NCBI GenBank assembly: GCA_965208765.1
Contig: OZ242354.1
Span: 6,185,281 to 6,249,280, forward strand
Length of the DNA stretch: 64,000 bases
Direction of reading: 5' to 3'
Origin: Candidatus Poribacteria bacterium
Lineage (GTDB): Bacteria; Poribacteria; WGA-4E; JAJDTR01
Made by a program: the position numbers and the translations under genes. Below the pieces are notes generated by a model. The model saw only the letters and a list, made by a program, of their open reading frames with translations, was not told the DNA's origin and did no database searches. This document shows positions 49,839-60,589 of this stretch, piece by piece; the first letter of the stretch is position 1; the number at the start of each line of letters is the position of its first letter.

Positions 49839-51119
49839 CTAGGCGCCCTCGTTTATTTCTTGGATCCCCACCGTATCATCCGTACTTTGCACTCCTTTCA
49901 CGTTCTCCAGATCCTGATAGCGAGTCGTAACCATTGACACCAGAACCGACCATAACCCCGCCATGACCATGGCTACGACGGAAAAAGCGACGCCGGGAAT
50001 GTTCGTGAAGAGACCGACGAGTGCGAGCACGCCGGCGCTGCCTCCTTTTGCCGTCCTATAGCCAAAGGTATCAATTATCTGTTTCACGCGGAAGCGTGCA
50101 TCGAATGACAGAGGGATGTAGAAAATCTCTTTTCCCGAGCGAAAGATGGAATAGTCGAGCGCTTTGAATAGAAGAAAGGCGGTTGCCCCGCTCCATAACG
50201 AAGGCTTGACAGTTAGTATCGCGCACGTCAGCAGATGCACTACCGGAATTCCGACATGCGCTGCGCGCAGCGAAACAAACCTGAGAATCAACGGGACGGC
50301 AAGAAACTGCAACAGAAGCGCGGCTGTATTGAGAACTGCGTAAAACGAACCGTAGAAAGCCGTTCTTTCATCCGGATTAACCTTCTCTATCTCCACCAAC
50401 AGGTTGAAGCGAAGGTCCAAGACGGTTGATACGGTCTGTGTCGTCAAGATGAGCAAGCCGATAAGCAGGAGATAACGCGACTTCAAAAATAGCGCTACCC
50501 CTATGTGTCCCTTTTTGCCTCCGACCTCCCCCTCGCTCGGTTTCGGTTCTCCGGCGAACGCATAGGCGAAACCGGAACATAGCGCAGCGGGAAAAAGCGA
50601 CCCGGCGGCAAAGAGAAGTAGCAACTCGGAACCCATAGGCGCGGCCAATTGCCTCACGAGAAGTCCACCCGCTATAGCGCCAAGCGATGCAATCCCGCAG
50701 AATGGACCATTAATCCGCCGAGCTTGATCAGAACTTAGCGTGCTGTTGACAAGCGACCAGTATTGCTCAATGATCAGAACAATATAGGCTTCTCGAAAGA
50801 TGTAGATGAAGGCGGTCGCAAGCGCAATTCCCCGTAATAACAGACTGTAGCTACCACCGATTAGAACCGCTGACAATAGTGAGGTCAGCAACAAGGCGCG
50901 ACTTGCCCCTAATTTCGAGAGTATCCGGCCATAGACACATAGCAGCAGGAATGTGCTTGGAGGCACCGCAAACATCACCCACGGGAGATTTGAAGCGCCG
51001 TATGCTTCAATGAACAGAGAGGTTGATACGGCTCGGATGAACTCGTAGCCGCACAACAGAAAACTTGCTGCGCCTGAGATTGCGAGGGCGGCAATTAAAA
51101 TCCGTTTTGGAATTGGCAT
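49839..51119 (-). CDS. multi-TM transporter, possibly Npt1/Npt2 (ATP/ADP-translocase-like) family
   Basis: 426 aa with about 11-12 hydrophobic helices. LFKALDYSIFRSGKEIFYIPL resembles the conserved K-E-x-x-Y-I-P-L motif of nucleotide transporters. Confidence 0.55.
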   Translation of the reverse strand: MPIPKRILIAALAISGAASFLLCGYEFIRAVSTSLFIEAYGASNLPWVMFAVPPSTFLLLCVYGRILSKLGASRALLLTSLLSAVLIGGSYSLLLRGIALATAFIYIFREAYIVLIIEQYWSLVNSTLSSDQARRINGPFCGIASLGAIAGGLLVRQLAAPMGSELLLLFAAGSLFPAALCSGFAYAFAGEPKPSEGEVGGKKGHIGVALFLKSRYLLLIGLLILTTQTVSTVLDLRFNLLVEIEKVNPDERTAFYGSFYAVLNTAALLLQFLAVPLILRFVSLRAAHVGIPVVHLLTCAILTVKPSLWSGATAFLLFKALDYSIFRSGKEIFYIPLSFDARFRVKQIIDTFGYRTAKGGSAGVLALVGLFTNIPGVAFSVVAMVMAGLWSVLVSMVTTRYQDLENVKGVQSTDDTVGIQEINEGA

Positions 51120-51590
51120 GTAGGAGGTTAGGGATGTGGATTATGCGGACGGGGCGTTTCGGCGCAAAGCGAAGCGAAGCAGATTTTTCTTGTCGTTTTC
51201 ATTCATATCTTCACATATTTCAATTGTGATTTAATGAACTTTAACGATACTCGTGATCATTACCTACATAATCAGACGCCCGACCGTAGCGCGAGTGATC
51301 ACTATCGAGTGGGAAGTTCTATCGGCGTCGTAATTCGCCCAGTCGATCGTATTCGGTCACTTCATGAGTTTCTTTGCACAAGCCACAATCTAACAGATTG
51401 TGATACAAAAGAATGCATGCGTAGTTAGTGGTTTATTTTCTAAAAGATTATGGTTAGTGTTGGGTGTCGGTAGATCACATTATCTGAACTGTGATTTATG
51501 GGATTTTTGTGATTACCTTGATTGCATGTGGCAAGTTGCCGGTGATGAGTCGGCTAGATCGTTATCTTGAAGCCACTAGGATTCAGGGAA

Positions 51591-51622
51591 GAAACCAAGT
51601 TTTCAAGAAAAAACTTGGTTTC
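51591..51622. terminator. hairpin element copy downstream of the RraA-like gene
   Basis: gaaaccaagttttcaagaaaaaacttggtttc. Perfect 13-bp stem, with an A-T pair where other copies have C-G. Confidence 0.45.
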
Positions 51623-51721
51623 TAGTAAGTATTAAATACTTATCGAATGAACCAGTTGGTGACACTGACGATGAATGAATATGGTTACTTTATGCGACTG
51701 TCAACTCTTCGGGCGATTCCT

Positions 51722-52453
51722 CTATTCTTCCTCTTCGGCATAGGAATGACCGCTCATGATGGCTCGCACCTGTTTGGCAGATGTGGCGTTCGCGAGTTTT
51801 CCTATACGCTCGGCTTCTTCATCGCGCAATGCCTGGACGTTTTTCACGACGGCTTCAAGTTTGTCTGCGGGGAACTTGCACGCGCCGTTTTCGTCCATGT
51901 GGATAAGTTCACCCGGCGCCACATCCATTCCCGCGACCGAGACGGGGACGTTAATCGCGCGAAGCGCCATTGCACCGTGACCCGGCGTGATTCCACTGAG
52001 CAAATACTGAAATTTCATTGGACGAATCTCGTCTATGTCGCGTGAAGGACCGTTTGATACGGCACCGACACAACCTACAGCCTTCATCGCTGACGTCATA
52101 TTCCCGCCTGCAAGCCCAGCTTTGTCCGCAATCTCGGGAGGAAACTTTTGCTCAAACACCAGAACGGTTGGCTTCTTGGATGCGTCCAGCGCGTCGATGA
52201 CGTCCAAGAACGACAACTCGGAGTAGTTCGGATCCGGCAAGCCGTAGACGCAGGTCACGGCATATCCGACGAGCGGTCCCAACTCGGGATACATACAACG
52301 AATCGACGTATCGGTGTACCAATTTTCTGTCCAAGGATTATACAGACTTAGGCATGTTTCGGTGCCGGGATAGGTGGCGACAACATTCGTTATTGAAGGG
52401 GTATCAAACTCCCGTAGAATTTCAAACATTTCCTGTTCTGACAGGTCTGGCAT
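51722..52453 (-). CDS. RraA family protein (RNase E regulator / 4-hydroxy-4-methyl-2-oxoglutarate aldolase-like)
   Basis: VGCVGAVSNGPSRDIDEI, NVPVSVAGMDVAPGELIHMDENGA pattern. Confidence 0.7.
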   Translation of the reverse strand: MPDLSEQEMFEILREFDTPSITNVVATYPGTETCLSLYNPWTENWYTDTSIRCMYPELGPLVGYAVTCVYGLPDPNYSELSFLDVIDALDASKKPTVLVFEQKFPPEIADKAGLAGGNMTSAMKAVGCVGAVSNGPSRDIDEIRPMKFQYLLSGITPGHGAMALRAINVPVSVAGMDVAPGELIHMDENGACKFPADKLEAVVKNVQALRDEEAERIGKLANATSAKQVRAIMSGHSYAEEEE

Positions 52454-53482
52454 CAGTACCTCCGAAGTCGTGAATCTTAGGATAGCATTAAAAGATGCTG
52501 GTATAGCTGCACACTAATTGAACATCGGCGAATTATGTCATATCTCGGTTGTTTTGTCACGCGTTTATTGTCCACAGGTGGCAAGGTAGGACTGAATGGA
52601 ATGGGTAGGAATACACATGGGTACCGCTAACCGAGATACCGCTATCCGCCGAACTGTCCCGTGCTTATGCAGCGTTGTTTCATCTCGCAGGAACTCACGT
52701 AGATATTGGAATTGATATAAGTGCCACGGAAGCGGTGTACTGTACCTTGTGGCTAGTTACAGTAAAAGTCGTGCGTCCGGAATCAGGCGCAGCCCGAAAG
52801 AATGTAACCTATTGGCATCTGGGAGAAACTTTGATCCTGAGACTCATCTTCCGCATAATAGCCTTGTGTAATCTCGAATTTCCACATAACAGATCTTGGG
52901 CATATTTCCGCGAGCGAGCAGAAATCACCTAGATACTACCGCGAGTCTGAATTAATTGACTGATTCTGCCTTTGCATCATCAACTTCAGAACCTGATTGA
53001 ATAATCGGCGGAAGAGCCATTTTACTCATGTGCAGAAGGATTTTTTCATGTTTTTATTGTTGTCTGCCATGTACCTGTCGCCCCTCTGGGGCTTAGCTGC
53101 ACGGGGTTCTGGCGTTTCTACACACCTTCCGCCCCTCTGGGGCATTTAGAGGCCGGTGCGAGCTGTGCACGCTACAGATGTACATTTCAATCAGGCTCCC
53201 ACTCTGCCAATTATGATGCGCGATACGCGCAACTGTGAAATTGAACTTTTAGGTGCTCGATAATGCGGAAGACAAGTGAGATGATTGCCTTCGTGGATTT
53301 CAGTTGGGTCTCCATGCTAAGTTGCCAATTTGATGAGGAAGATTAGTCACATTGACGGGAGTACTTTCGCGCAGAACGTCCTATCTCCGCCATTACCCGC
53401 TTTGTTTACGGATTGTCGTCGATCAAGACTGTCTGTTTTACGCAAGCCCCAGAAAATCTTCGGCTGGATTAATTGTAGTTTC

Positions 53483-54508
53483 TCAGACTGCAACCACGTT
53501 CTTGGTCTCTACTGATTCGCGAACCGCATCAATCACTTTCATCTGATGGATGCTATTTTCAGGTGAAATACGATGCGGCTCTCCCGTCGTCAAACACTCG
53601 CAGAGGTGCCTGAGTTGATTCGTGAACTGAAACACCGGCTCAAATTCGATGGATTCCAATCCATCAACTGTGTGTTTTTCGATTGACACGGGTCGGTCCT
53701 CATTGTTCCAGATTCTGTCCAAGCGCAACATCCCCGCTGTTCCGCAGATTTCAGCGTATTGTGCGTTTGACGAATTGAAGCCGACAGAAATCTGTGCGGT
53801 TCTCGCACCCGGGAAGGTGAGAAGGATATACATTGCGTCATCAACCTCTATTCCCCACTGCTGAATGGCGAATACGGTCACAGGTTCAGCGTTGAAAACA
53901 GACCGCGCATGATGAATACAGTAGCAGCCCAGATCATAAATGCTGCCACCACCCTTTGCCTTGTTGAAGCGCCAGTTCCTTTCCGGTGGGCGAGTTTCAG
54001 GCCCTCCGCCCTTTCCCCCGGTGCAGAAGGTGCTGCGAACCGTTTTTATCTCTCCAACTTCACCTGCGTCAATGAGTGCCTTCGCCTTTAAATGCATCGG
54101 ATGATGTCGAAACTTGAAGGCTTCCGCTACCAGTACGCCGTTCGTTTTGGCGGCGTTTACGAACTGTTCCGCCTCCACGGCATTCGACGTAAACGGCTTT
54201 TCACATAGGATAGCCTTAACACGGCGTGACTTGGCAATCTGGATGCCGGTTTCTGCATGGAATGCGCCCCAGTTGGCGATAACCGCTATATCGAGTTCTT
54301 CGCTAGCCAACATCTCATCAAGATCGCAGTAGAGACGCTTCACGCCAAATGCTTCAGCGTAGCGATGCAGCGCGTCCTCGGAAATGTCACAGATAGCGGA
54401 GAGTTCGGCGCATTCAAGTTCTTTACACGCCCTGCCGTGTGCCTTTGCGATTCCGCCTGTTCCCACGATGCCGACCCGGTAAACCGGCGTAGAACAACCG
54501 TCAGCCAT
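53483..54508 (-). CDS. Gfo/Idh/MocA family oxidoreductase
   Basis: GAGGA RBS precedes ATG 54508. YRVGIVGTGGIAKAH, CEKPF motifs. The longer ORF annotation upstream is non-coding. Confidence 0.8.
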   Translation of the reverse strand: MADGCSTPVYRVGIVGTGGIAKAHGRACKELECAELSAICDISEDALHRYAEAFGVKRLYCDLDEMLASEELDIAVIANWGAFHAETGIQIAKSRRVKAILCEKPFTSNAVEAEQFVNAAKTNGVLVAEAFKFRHHPMHLKAKALIDAGEVGEIKTVRSTFCTGGKGGGPETRPPERNWRFNKAKGGGSIYDLGCYCIHHARSVFNAEPVTVFAIQQWGIEVDDAMYILLTFPGARTAQISVGFNSSNAQYAEICGTAGMLRLDRIWNNEDRPVSIEKHTVDGLESIEFEPVFQFTNQLRHLCECLTTGEPHRISPENSIHQMKVIDAVRESVETKNVVAV

Positions 54509-54809
54509 AATCCATCCTCGTTTCGTCTGTCGATCGTGTTTATTTCTGATATTATAAACTCTTATAAGGAAGACATACAATGGTATTATCGTAACACTAT
54601 GGACTGTTTCGTCCATCAGAAGAGGTAGAGATTCGCTTGCGTTTATGCGAGATATATGACATGATATTCGCATTTAGCAACACATACCTTATTTTGGGTA
54701 GTCACAAAAAAGACGCTCGGGCAACGAATGCCTCTTCCACAGTGAACAACTCTCATCAAGGAGGCTTGCCATTAACAACCGTAATGGATACCTATTTTTA
54801 GTTAGCACA

Positions 54810-55649
54810 TTGATCTGCATTAGTAGTTGGCCCGAAGACGTGAGGACCACACCATTGAAGATTCAGCCCCTTAGCGATGATGCGCCTGAAGGATTTTCTT
54901 ACGTTTTTCAAAAACAGGCATGCGTGTTCGGGATTGAGGTCTACGCGACTGCGAAGACTTCAGATAGGAAAGTTCTACACGCGGCGAACGTGTTAGCCCA
55001 ATATTTGGATAACGATGAAGACGGTTTGCCCGACAATCCAGCAGTCTTAGCACAACTGCGGGGCGAACGCGCCGCCATTATCATGTTTGCTACCGAACGA
55101 GATTGTGAGGAAATTGACCTAGAAACCTACACTCCGGCACACGTGTTGAAGGCGATGAGTCTACAAGATTTGTACGGTGAGGAAACGCACCCTAACGGGG
55201 CGGCGGAAGGAAAATTTGATGCCGCTCTGGAGGAAATACTGCACTTAATCACCAGCGTGGGTTACGCTGGTGTGTATCCAGATGTTTTTGGGGAAAAGCC
55301 AAACACAGACGTTGCGAAAGCGATGGACATTGCGAGAGGCGGGCATTTCAGGCATGTCCCTCGCTCATATCCGGAAAGTGCGTGGTTTACCTACTACGAC
55401 AGGACATGCGACTACGGTTGCCAGGTCACCGAATATGTCTATTGGGCGTTAACCTCAATTCTGGATGGCCAGAATTTCTGTGGACGGGCTGAAGAGATTG
55501 TCGATGAGTGGCGTCTGCACACGCCGGAATTGGTTCGGAAACAAGATTCACGAATTTACGCATTGTTGACGAATAGGGATTACAACCTCCCCACTCGCTT
55601 GCCTGACGGAAAATACCAGAAGCGGTTCAAATTGCGCGACGGTGATTAA
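54810..55649 (+). CDS. hypothetical protein, no family recognised
   Basis: 279-aa ORF. DNDEDGLPDNPAV and Cys/Trp/Tyr-rich C-terminal half. No signal peptide at the proposed start, so the start is uncertain. Confidence 0.4.
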   Translation: MICISSWPEDVRTTPLKIQPLSDDAPEGFSYVFQKQACVFGIEVYATAKTSDRKVLHAANVLAQYLDNDEDGLPDNPAVLAQLRGERAAIIMFATERDCEEIDLETYTPAHVLKAMSLQDLYGEETHPNGAAEGKFDAALEEILHLITSVGYAGVYPDVFGEKPNTDVAKAMDIARGGHFRHVPRSYPESAWFTYYDRTCDYGCQVTEYVYWALTSILDGQNFCGRAEEIVDEWRLHTPELVRKQDSRIYALLTNRDYNLPTRLPDGKYQKRFKLRDGD

Positions 55650-55763
55650 CTGGCAAGCCGCACAAATGGTTCCACATAGTGAATTGCCCGTACCTGAAAA
55701 GGAACCGAAGTAACTGAAAATTTCGTTACTCCTAACTGTCTCGACTCCTATATGTCACAGAAA

Positions 55764-58700
55764 TTATTTTAAGATAACGAGCCGCCGGGTTATTTCCCGA
55801 TCCTCAGCATCGTCGCGTTCGGAAATCGTGAATGTGTAGTAATAGATACCGCTGGCGACTATCTCACCCAGGTTGTTCTGCCCGTCCCAATATCCCGCGT
55901 TCGACTTGGTGGAATACAGTCCTGCAGGTCGTTCTCCCAAGTCAAGTTCCCTAACCAGATCGCCAGATGTGTTGCGTATGGCAACCGAAACTCTTGCCGT
56001 GGTGCCAAGTGCGAAAGGAAGCCAGGTTTCGGGATTGCCGGGATTCGGAAAACTCTGATAAAGTTCGGTCTTGAGTCCACCGATGGTGACAGCTTTCAAG
56101 CCCTCGACTGTGATAGTTGACGAAAGGTTGATTCTGCCCAATATCCCTCTATTCTCCAAATAATAGGAATAAGTCTTGTGCGGCGATGTGTCCTCGTCAA
56201 AGAAGACATAATCGCGTTCGGAGTTGCTGTATCCTCTACCCCTTATCAATACTTCAACCGGGCGGGCGGCTGTCGACCGGAAAGCGTCAATGAGGGGTTT
56301 GAATTCCCCATCCGGCGTTTCGCTGCGGTAGATACGCCATCCGAGATTACCGTATTCTCCCTGAGTCGTCCAAGTCAGTCGTATCTGATTGAATTCGCGC
56401 GTACCCGTAAACCCGGCGAGGACGTTAGACGGAGGGAGGTTGTTAACGTAGACACCGGTATGTTCCGGATTTGCTTGAAACATACCCCACTCAATCAGTG
56501 CGTCCGTGGATTGACCCTCCAAGTCCCATATGTAGACCGATCCGGGAATGAACGAATCCTGATTGGGCGATCGCAATGAGCCGATGCAGACTTCTATGTC
56601 TCCGTCGTTATCAAGGTCACCGATGGCTGGTGACGATTGAAGATTACCTGAAGTAATCAGGGGCCAACCCTCCAACTCGACACCGCCGGAACTGAACGCG
56701 TGCAACTGGCCGAAGATTCTTCCATAGTTGGTTGCAACGATGACTTCAATTTCATCATCACCGTTAATGTCGCCCAGCACGGGAATCGACGTAACCGATG
56801 ATCCGAATATTGAAATCGGCCATCCCGGTGCCAATGTACCGTCTTCATTCAGAGCGACAATGCTTGACGTACCCAAATCGCCAGCGATAATCTCGAGTTG
56901 TCCATCACTGTTCAAATCGCCGACCGCCGGTGCGGCGTACGGCGTGTATCCAATCCTCTGAGGCCATCCGTCTCGTACCTCGCCCTTATGAGAAAGAACA
57001 TAGATGCTTCCGTTCCTGAACATCAATATTATTTCCAGGGTGCCGTCCGAATCCAGGTCAGCCAACACAGGCGGCGAGTTGGCTCCGGTTCCAGGCCGTG
57101 GTTCAATGGGCCATCCCTCCAACGCAGTGCCCTCGGCGTCCCACGCGTATACGTTTGCTCCACTCGTCGTGACGACAAGATCCAGGGAAGAGTCTCCGTT
57201 TAAATCCCCAACTGCCGCCGGGGATAAACCGAAATCCTCTATCTCTTGCGGCCAACCGTCAAGGTCGTCTCCGTCATGATGGAGCACATGTACGCCGTCC
57301 GTCTTGGTGACAATGATGATCTCTTTGTCAAAGTCCTGGTCGAGATCGGCCAAGGTAACCGCCGCGACGATGCGGCTCCTGAAGCGTTTTGGCCATTCTG
57401 AACTAAATCGTGTGCCGTCGGAGCGGAAAATGTACACTCGCCGCTCAACCGGTATTACGATTTCGAGGCTGCCATCTGCATCGAGGTCGCCAACTGATGG
57501 AGAGGCTATCAACTCTCCATCGGTTTCTTGAGGCCAACCCGCGACCGATGATCCGTCATGATTCCAAACTTGGAGCAATCCATCCTTAGAGCCTATAGCA
57601 ACTTCGAGCGTACCGTCTCCATCAAGGTCGACAAGCACTGGTGAAGAGAACACTTCGCTCTCAGTCAGAAACGGCCAGCCTTCTTGGTTGGGAATGAGTG
57701 TAACTTCTTGCGCCGTGGGAGTTATATCCACCTCTTCAGATGGTCCGCTCACGTTTCCGGCCGAATCAACGGCTACAACGACGGCATAGAGGGTCACATC
57801 GTTTTCTGCCTCCGATACTCGAATAGACGTTTGGCCGACGACCTCAAACTGCGCAAAATATGCTCCGGGAGCGCTGCCAAACAGAACAACGTAACCGATA
57901 ACATCCGTCTCCGGGTTCGCAGTCCAGATGAGCGAAATTACGCGATTCCCGGGCGTCGCGATCAAACCGGTAGGCGGACTGGGTGATGTCGTGTCCGCTC
58001 CTCCCGGGTCCCCTGTTGGGATGACGAGCAGTGGCCTCGTCCTCGCGCTCTCATTCCCGGCGGTGTTGAACGCGCTCAGCGACACTGAAATCGGTACCCC
58101 GTTCTGGAGTTCTGTTAATCTAAAGGACTCGACATTACCAAGGTCAAGCATCTGGTCCGCGAAGTAGAGCCTATACCCAGCAATGTTGGATTCGAAATTT
58201 GCCGTCCAATTTAAACCTACGGCTCCATCTTCGGAAACTGCGGTAAAGCCCCGTGGAACTGCAGGAACATCCAGTGATGCGAGGATATTCAGTTGCCCCG
58301 CCCCCCAGTGACTATCCCAGCCCGGGTCTCCACTATCGACTGCACGCTCAATCAGGAGCTGTTTCAACTCTCCCGCCGTTCTCCCCGGTTCTTGCTGCAG
58401 CAGGAGCGCCGCCGCACCCGTGACATGAGGGGCGGCATAACTTGATCCTCGCAGCGCGATGTGACTCCGGTCTTCAATCACCAATGGCGGGTATCCCCAA
58501 CTCCGTCCAGAGAGGGCGCCAATAATCATTTCTCCCGGCGCAGCGAGATCGGGCTTCTCTCCATCATCGCGGCTTGGTCCCACACTGGAAATACTAGAGG
58601 TCTCGCCCAGCGTTGCATCAACTGCTCTGAATAAGCCAAATGAATCCACCCAGCTGGTTCGTGTGACATAGGAGGCGACACTGACAACCCCTCTTGCCGT

Positions 58701-60218
58701 GGATGGCATACCGACAGTTTTATTGGCGTCCCCCGGAATTAGCCATGGATCAGGGCTGTCCGTTCTGAACCCGCCGTCAATTTCTCCGGATAAGTAGTAG
58801 GCATCGAAAGCAACACCGGGCCCGTCAAGTTCAATCGTCATCTCGTACCGATCTAACGGCAAACTGATATCGCCGCCATTCCAGACCCAAACGATGATAG
58901 AGCCTAGATCGGGATAAGCGGGGTGCTGCTGTTGAGAATCGACTATCAACGTCGCGCCCTCCCACGGGCCTTTCGGGATGTCGAATGAGTCCACCTGCCC
59001 GGGAGGAACCCACTCGAAATCAACGGTTTCTCCCGGATTGGACCCAGGGACTTTCACCCGAACCGAAATTGATTCCTTTGATGAATACCAGATCTCCGTA
59101 TACATGCTGGAATCGTTTAAATCCGGCATCGGCACGAGCTTTGGATAGTTGTCCCCATCCGGAGGCTGCAATACTGTGGAAGCATGGATTGTGCTCTCAC
59201 CCCTGTTTCCCGCGCTAGCTACTATCGCCCTGCCGGACGTTTCTTCGACTAGCTGGTTCAGCGCCTGTTCCAGAAGCGTTCGACCATCGTGCGGTCCTTG
59301 TTGATAGGCGAAACTCATGTTTACGACTGCCGGTTTTCCGAGCGATGCCGCCTTTTCAAAAATGTAGCGTGCCCCATCCAGCACCTGATTCTCGAACAGG
59401 TGCGATTTCACCACAACAATATCGGCTTCCGGTGCCATCCCGATATACCTTGGTACGGGATCTTGCACGCCGGTACCTCTACCGTTACCGGCGGCAATCG
59501 AAGCGACATGTGTGCCGTGTCCATCATAGTCGTTCTGATTCGGAACTCCCTCGTTAATCTGCATCTGCGTCCATTCCGTTCCGTACCCGAATTCTTGAGG
59601 GGTTTGACCGGTCGCAGTTTGGGTCTGATCCCAAATCCATAGGATTCTCGTGCTTCCGTCCGGATTCTTAAAATCTTCGTGAGCCCAGTCAATACCCGTG
59701 TCGATTATTCCGACAACGACATTCTTCCCGGTAAAGGTGGGATTGCTTTCCCATACCTGATTTGCGCCGGTAACGATAGCGCTTATATCCAAGGCAGGGG
59801 CTGCCAATTCTGCCTGCCGCGCAGCGTGAATATATGCTACGTTCCGCATATTGGCGACCGCAGGCAGAGCATCTACAGGGAGATTCGCCGTAACCAAGAA
59901 GCCGTGCGAATAATCATTTAATCGAACAACCGAATGCAGCTCTACACCGAGAGTGCGAAGGGAGTGCGGCGAGTCTGACAGTAATAGCATGGCATTAATT
60001 ACATCTGTGCCATACAGTTCAGAGTATCGGATGAACGGTGAAGCATAGCCCCGTTGAAGAGAATCGGCATGTCTCATGGCAAGCGGCTTTAATACTGTGT
60101 CTAGCTTGTGAAGCGAGGTCTGGATTGCCACATCCGTACGAAACTGGGCAATGCTCTCAATACTACATATAGTACCTATTATGAGGATGCTACATAGGAG
60201 GGTTAGCTTTCGTAACAT
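55764..60218 (-). CDS. secreted subtilisin-like S8 peptidase with FG-GAP/VCBS repeats, fibronectin-III-like region and T9SS-like C-terminal domain
   Basis: Signal peptide. Catalytic triad contexts IIDTGID, HGTHVASIAAG and GSSYAAPHVTGAAALL. Multiple DLDGDG / DLNGDS / DINGDD FG-GAP units. C-terminus FPNPGNPETWLPFAL...YWDGQNNLGEIVASGIYYYTF. Confidence 0.85.
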   Translation of the reverse strand: MLRKLTLLCSILIIGTICSIESIAQFRTDVAIQTSLHKLDTVLKPLAMRHADSLQRGYASPFIRYSELYGTDVINAMLLLSDSPHSLRTLGVELHSVVRLNDYSHGFLVTANLPVDALPAVANMRNVAYIHAARQAELAAPALDISAIVTGANQVWESNPTFTGKNVVVGIIDTGIDWAHEDFKNPDGSTRILWIWDQTQTATGQTPQEFGYGTEWTQMQINEGVPNQNDYDGHGTHVASIAAGNGRGTGVQDPVPRYIGMAPEADIVVVKSHLFENQVLDGARYIFEKAASLGKPAVVNMSFAYQQGPHDGRTLLEQALNQLVEETSGRAIVASAGNRGESTIHASTVLQPPDGDNYPKLVPMPDLNDSSMYTEIWYSSKESISVRVKVPGSNPGETVDFEWVPPGQVDSFDIPKGPWEGATLIVDSQQQHPAYPDLGSIIVWVWNGGDISLPLDRYEMTIELDGPGVAFDAYYLSGEIDGGFRTDSPDPWLIPGDANKTVGMPSTARGVVSVASYVTRTSWVDSFGLFRAVDATLGETSSISSVGPSRDDGEKPDLAAPGEMIIGALSGRSWGYPPLVIEDRSHIALRGSSYAAPHVTGAAALLLQQEPGRTAGELKQLLIERAVDSGDPGWDSHWGAGQLNILASLDVPAVPRGFTAVSEDGAVGLNWTANFESNIAGYRLYFADQMLDLGNVESFRLTELQNGVPISVSLSAFNTAGNESARTRPLLVIPTGDPGGADTTSPSPPTGLIATPGNRVISLIWTANPETDVIGYVVLFGSAPGAYFAQFEVVGQTSIRVSEAENDVTLYAVVVAVDSAGNVSGPSEEVDITPTAQEVTLIPNQEGWPFLTESEVFSSPVLVDLDGDGTLEVAIGSKDGLLQVWNHDGSSVAGWPQETDGELIASPSVGDLDADGSLEIVIPVERRVYIFRSDGTRFSSEWPKRFRSRIVAAVTLADLDQDFDKEIIIVTKTDGVHVLHHDGDDLDGWPQEIEDFGLSPAAVGDLNGDSSLDLVVTTSGANVYAWDAEGTALEGWPIEPRPGTGANSPPVLADLDSDGTLEIILMFRNGSIYVLSHKGEVRDGWPQRIGYTPYAAPAVGDLNSDGQLEIIAGDLGTSSIVALNEDGTLAPGWPISIFGSSVTSIPVLGDINGDDEIEVIVATNYGRIFGQLHAFSSGGVELEGWPLITSGNLQSSPAIGDLDNDGDIEVCIGSLRSPNQDSFIPGSVYIWDLEGQSTDALIEWGMFQANPEHTGVYVNNLPPSNVLAGFTGTREFNQIRLTWTTQGEYGNLGWRIYRSETPDGEFKPLIDAFRSTAARPVEVLIRGRGYSNSERDYVFFDEDTSPHKTYSYYLENRGILGRINLSSTITVEGLKAVTIGGLKTELYQSFPNPGNPETWLPFALGTTARVSVAIRNTSGDLVRELDLGERPAGLYSTKSNAGYWDGQNNLGEIVASGIYYYTFTISERDDAEDREITRRLVILK

Positions 60219-60419
60219 AAAATCTCTATCTCCGCAAACGGTTTCTGTTTAGACACGAAATCAATGAAATCATACTATTGGACTAGGTTGGGCAATCACC
60301 GGAAATTATAACATACATGCGCCAATCTATCAAGCAGTGTAGTCGACACATCTGAAACTCCGAAACAGCTAGTTTGTACATTTCAACAGTTCCGGTCGGA
60401 ATCCTCAAAATGTCTTACG

Positions 60420-60450
60420 TGACTTCCCGCAACGCCTGTGGTATAATTCC
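60420..60450 (+). promoter_or_regulatory. candidate promoter of glnS (extended -10 TGgTATAAT)
   Basis: cctgtggtataattcc about 145 bp upstream of the glnS ATG. The -35 is poor. Confidence 0.3.
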
Positions 60451-60589
60451 TTGTTACGTAGCCCCCGCCGGCAAATGAAAAGAAAAACAAACAAACCGAA
60501 TTGCTTGAACCTAATTACAAATTTGGTCCAAACTAATTGAACTGGCAGACTCGAACGAGACATTTTGCGCCAGCTAGAGGAGAGGCTCA

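Noticed and set aside
52454-53482. About 1 kb gap with an 85-aa ORF (52675..52932)
   Set aside because: The ORF lacks an RBS or any motif. The gap is better explained as non-coding DNA containing family-3 repeats (cctgtcgcccctctggggc...) also seen at 13188.
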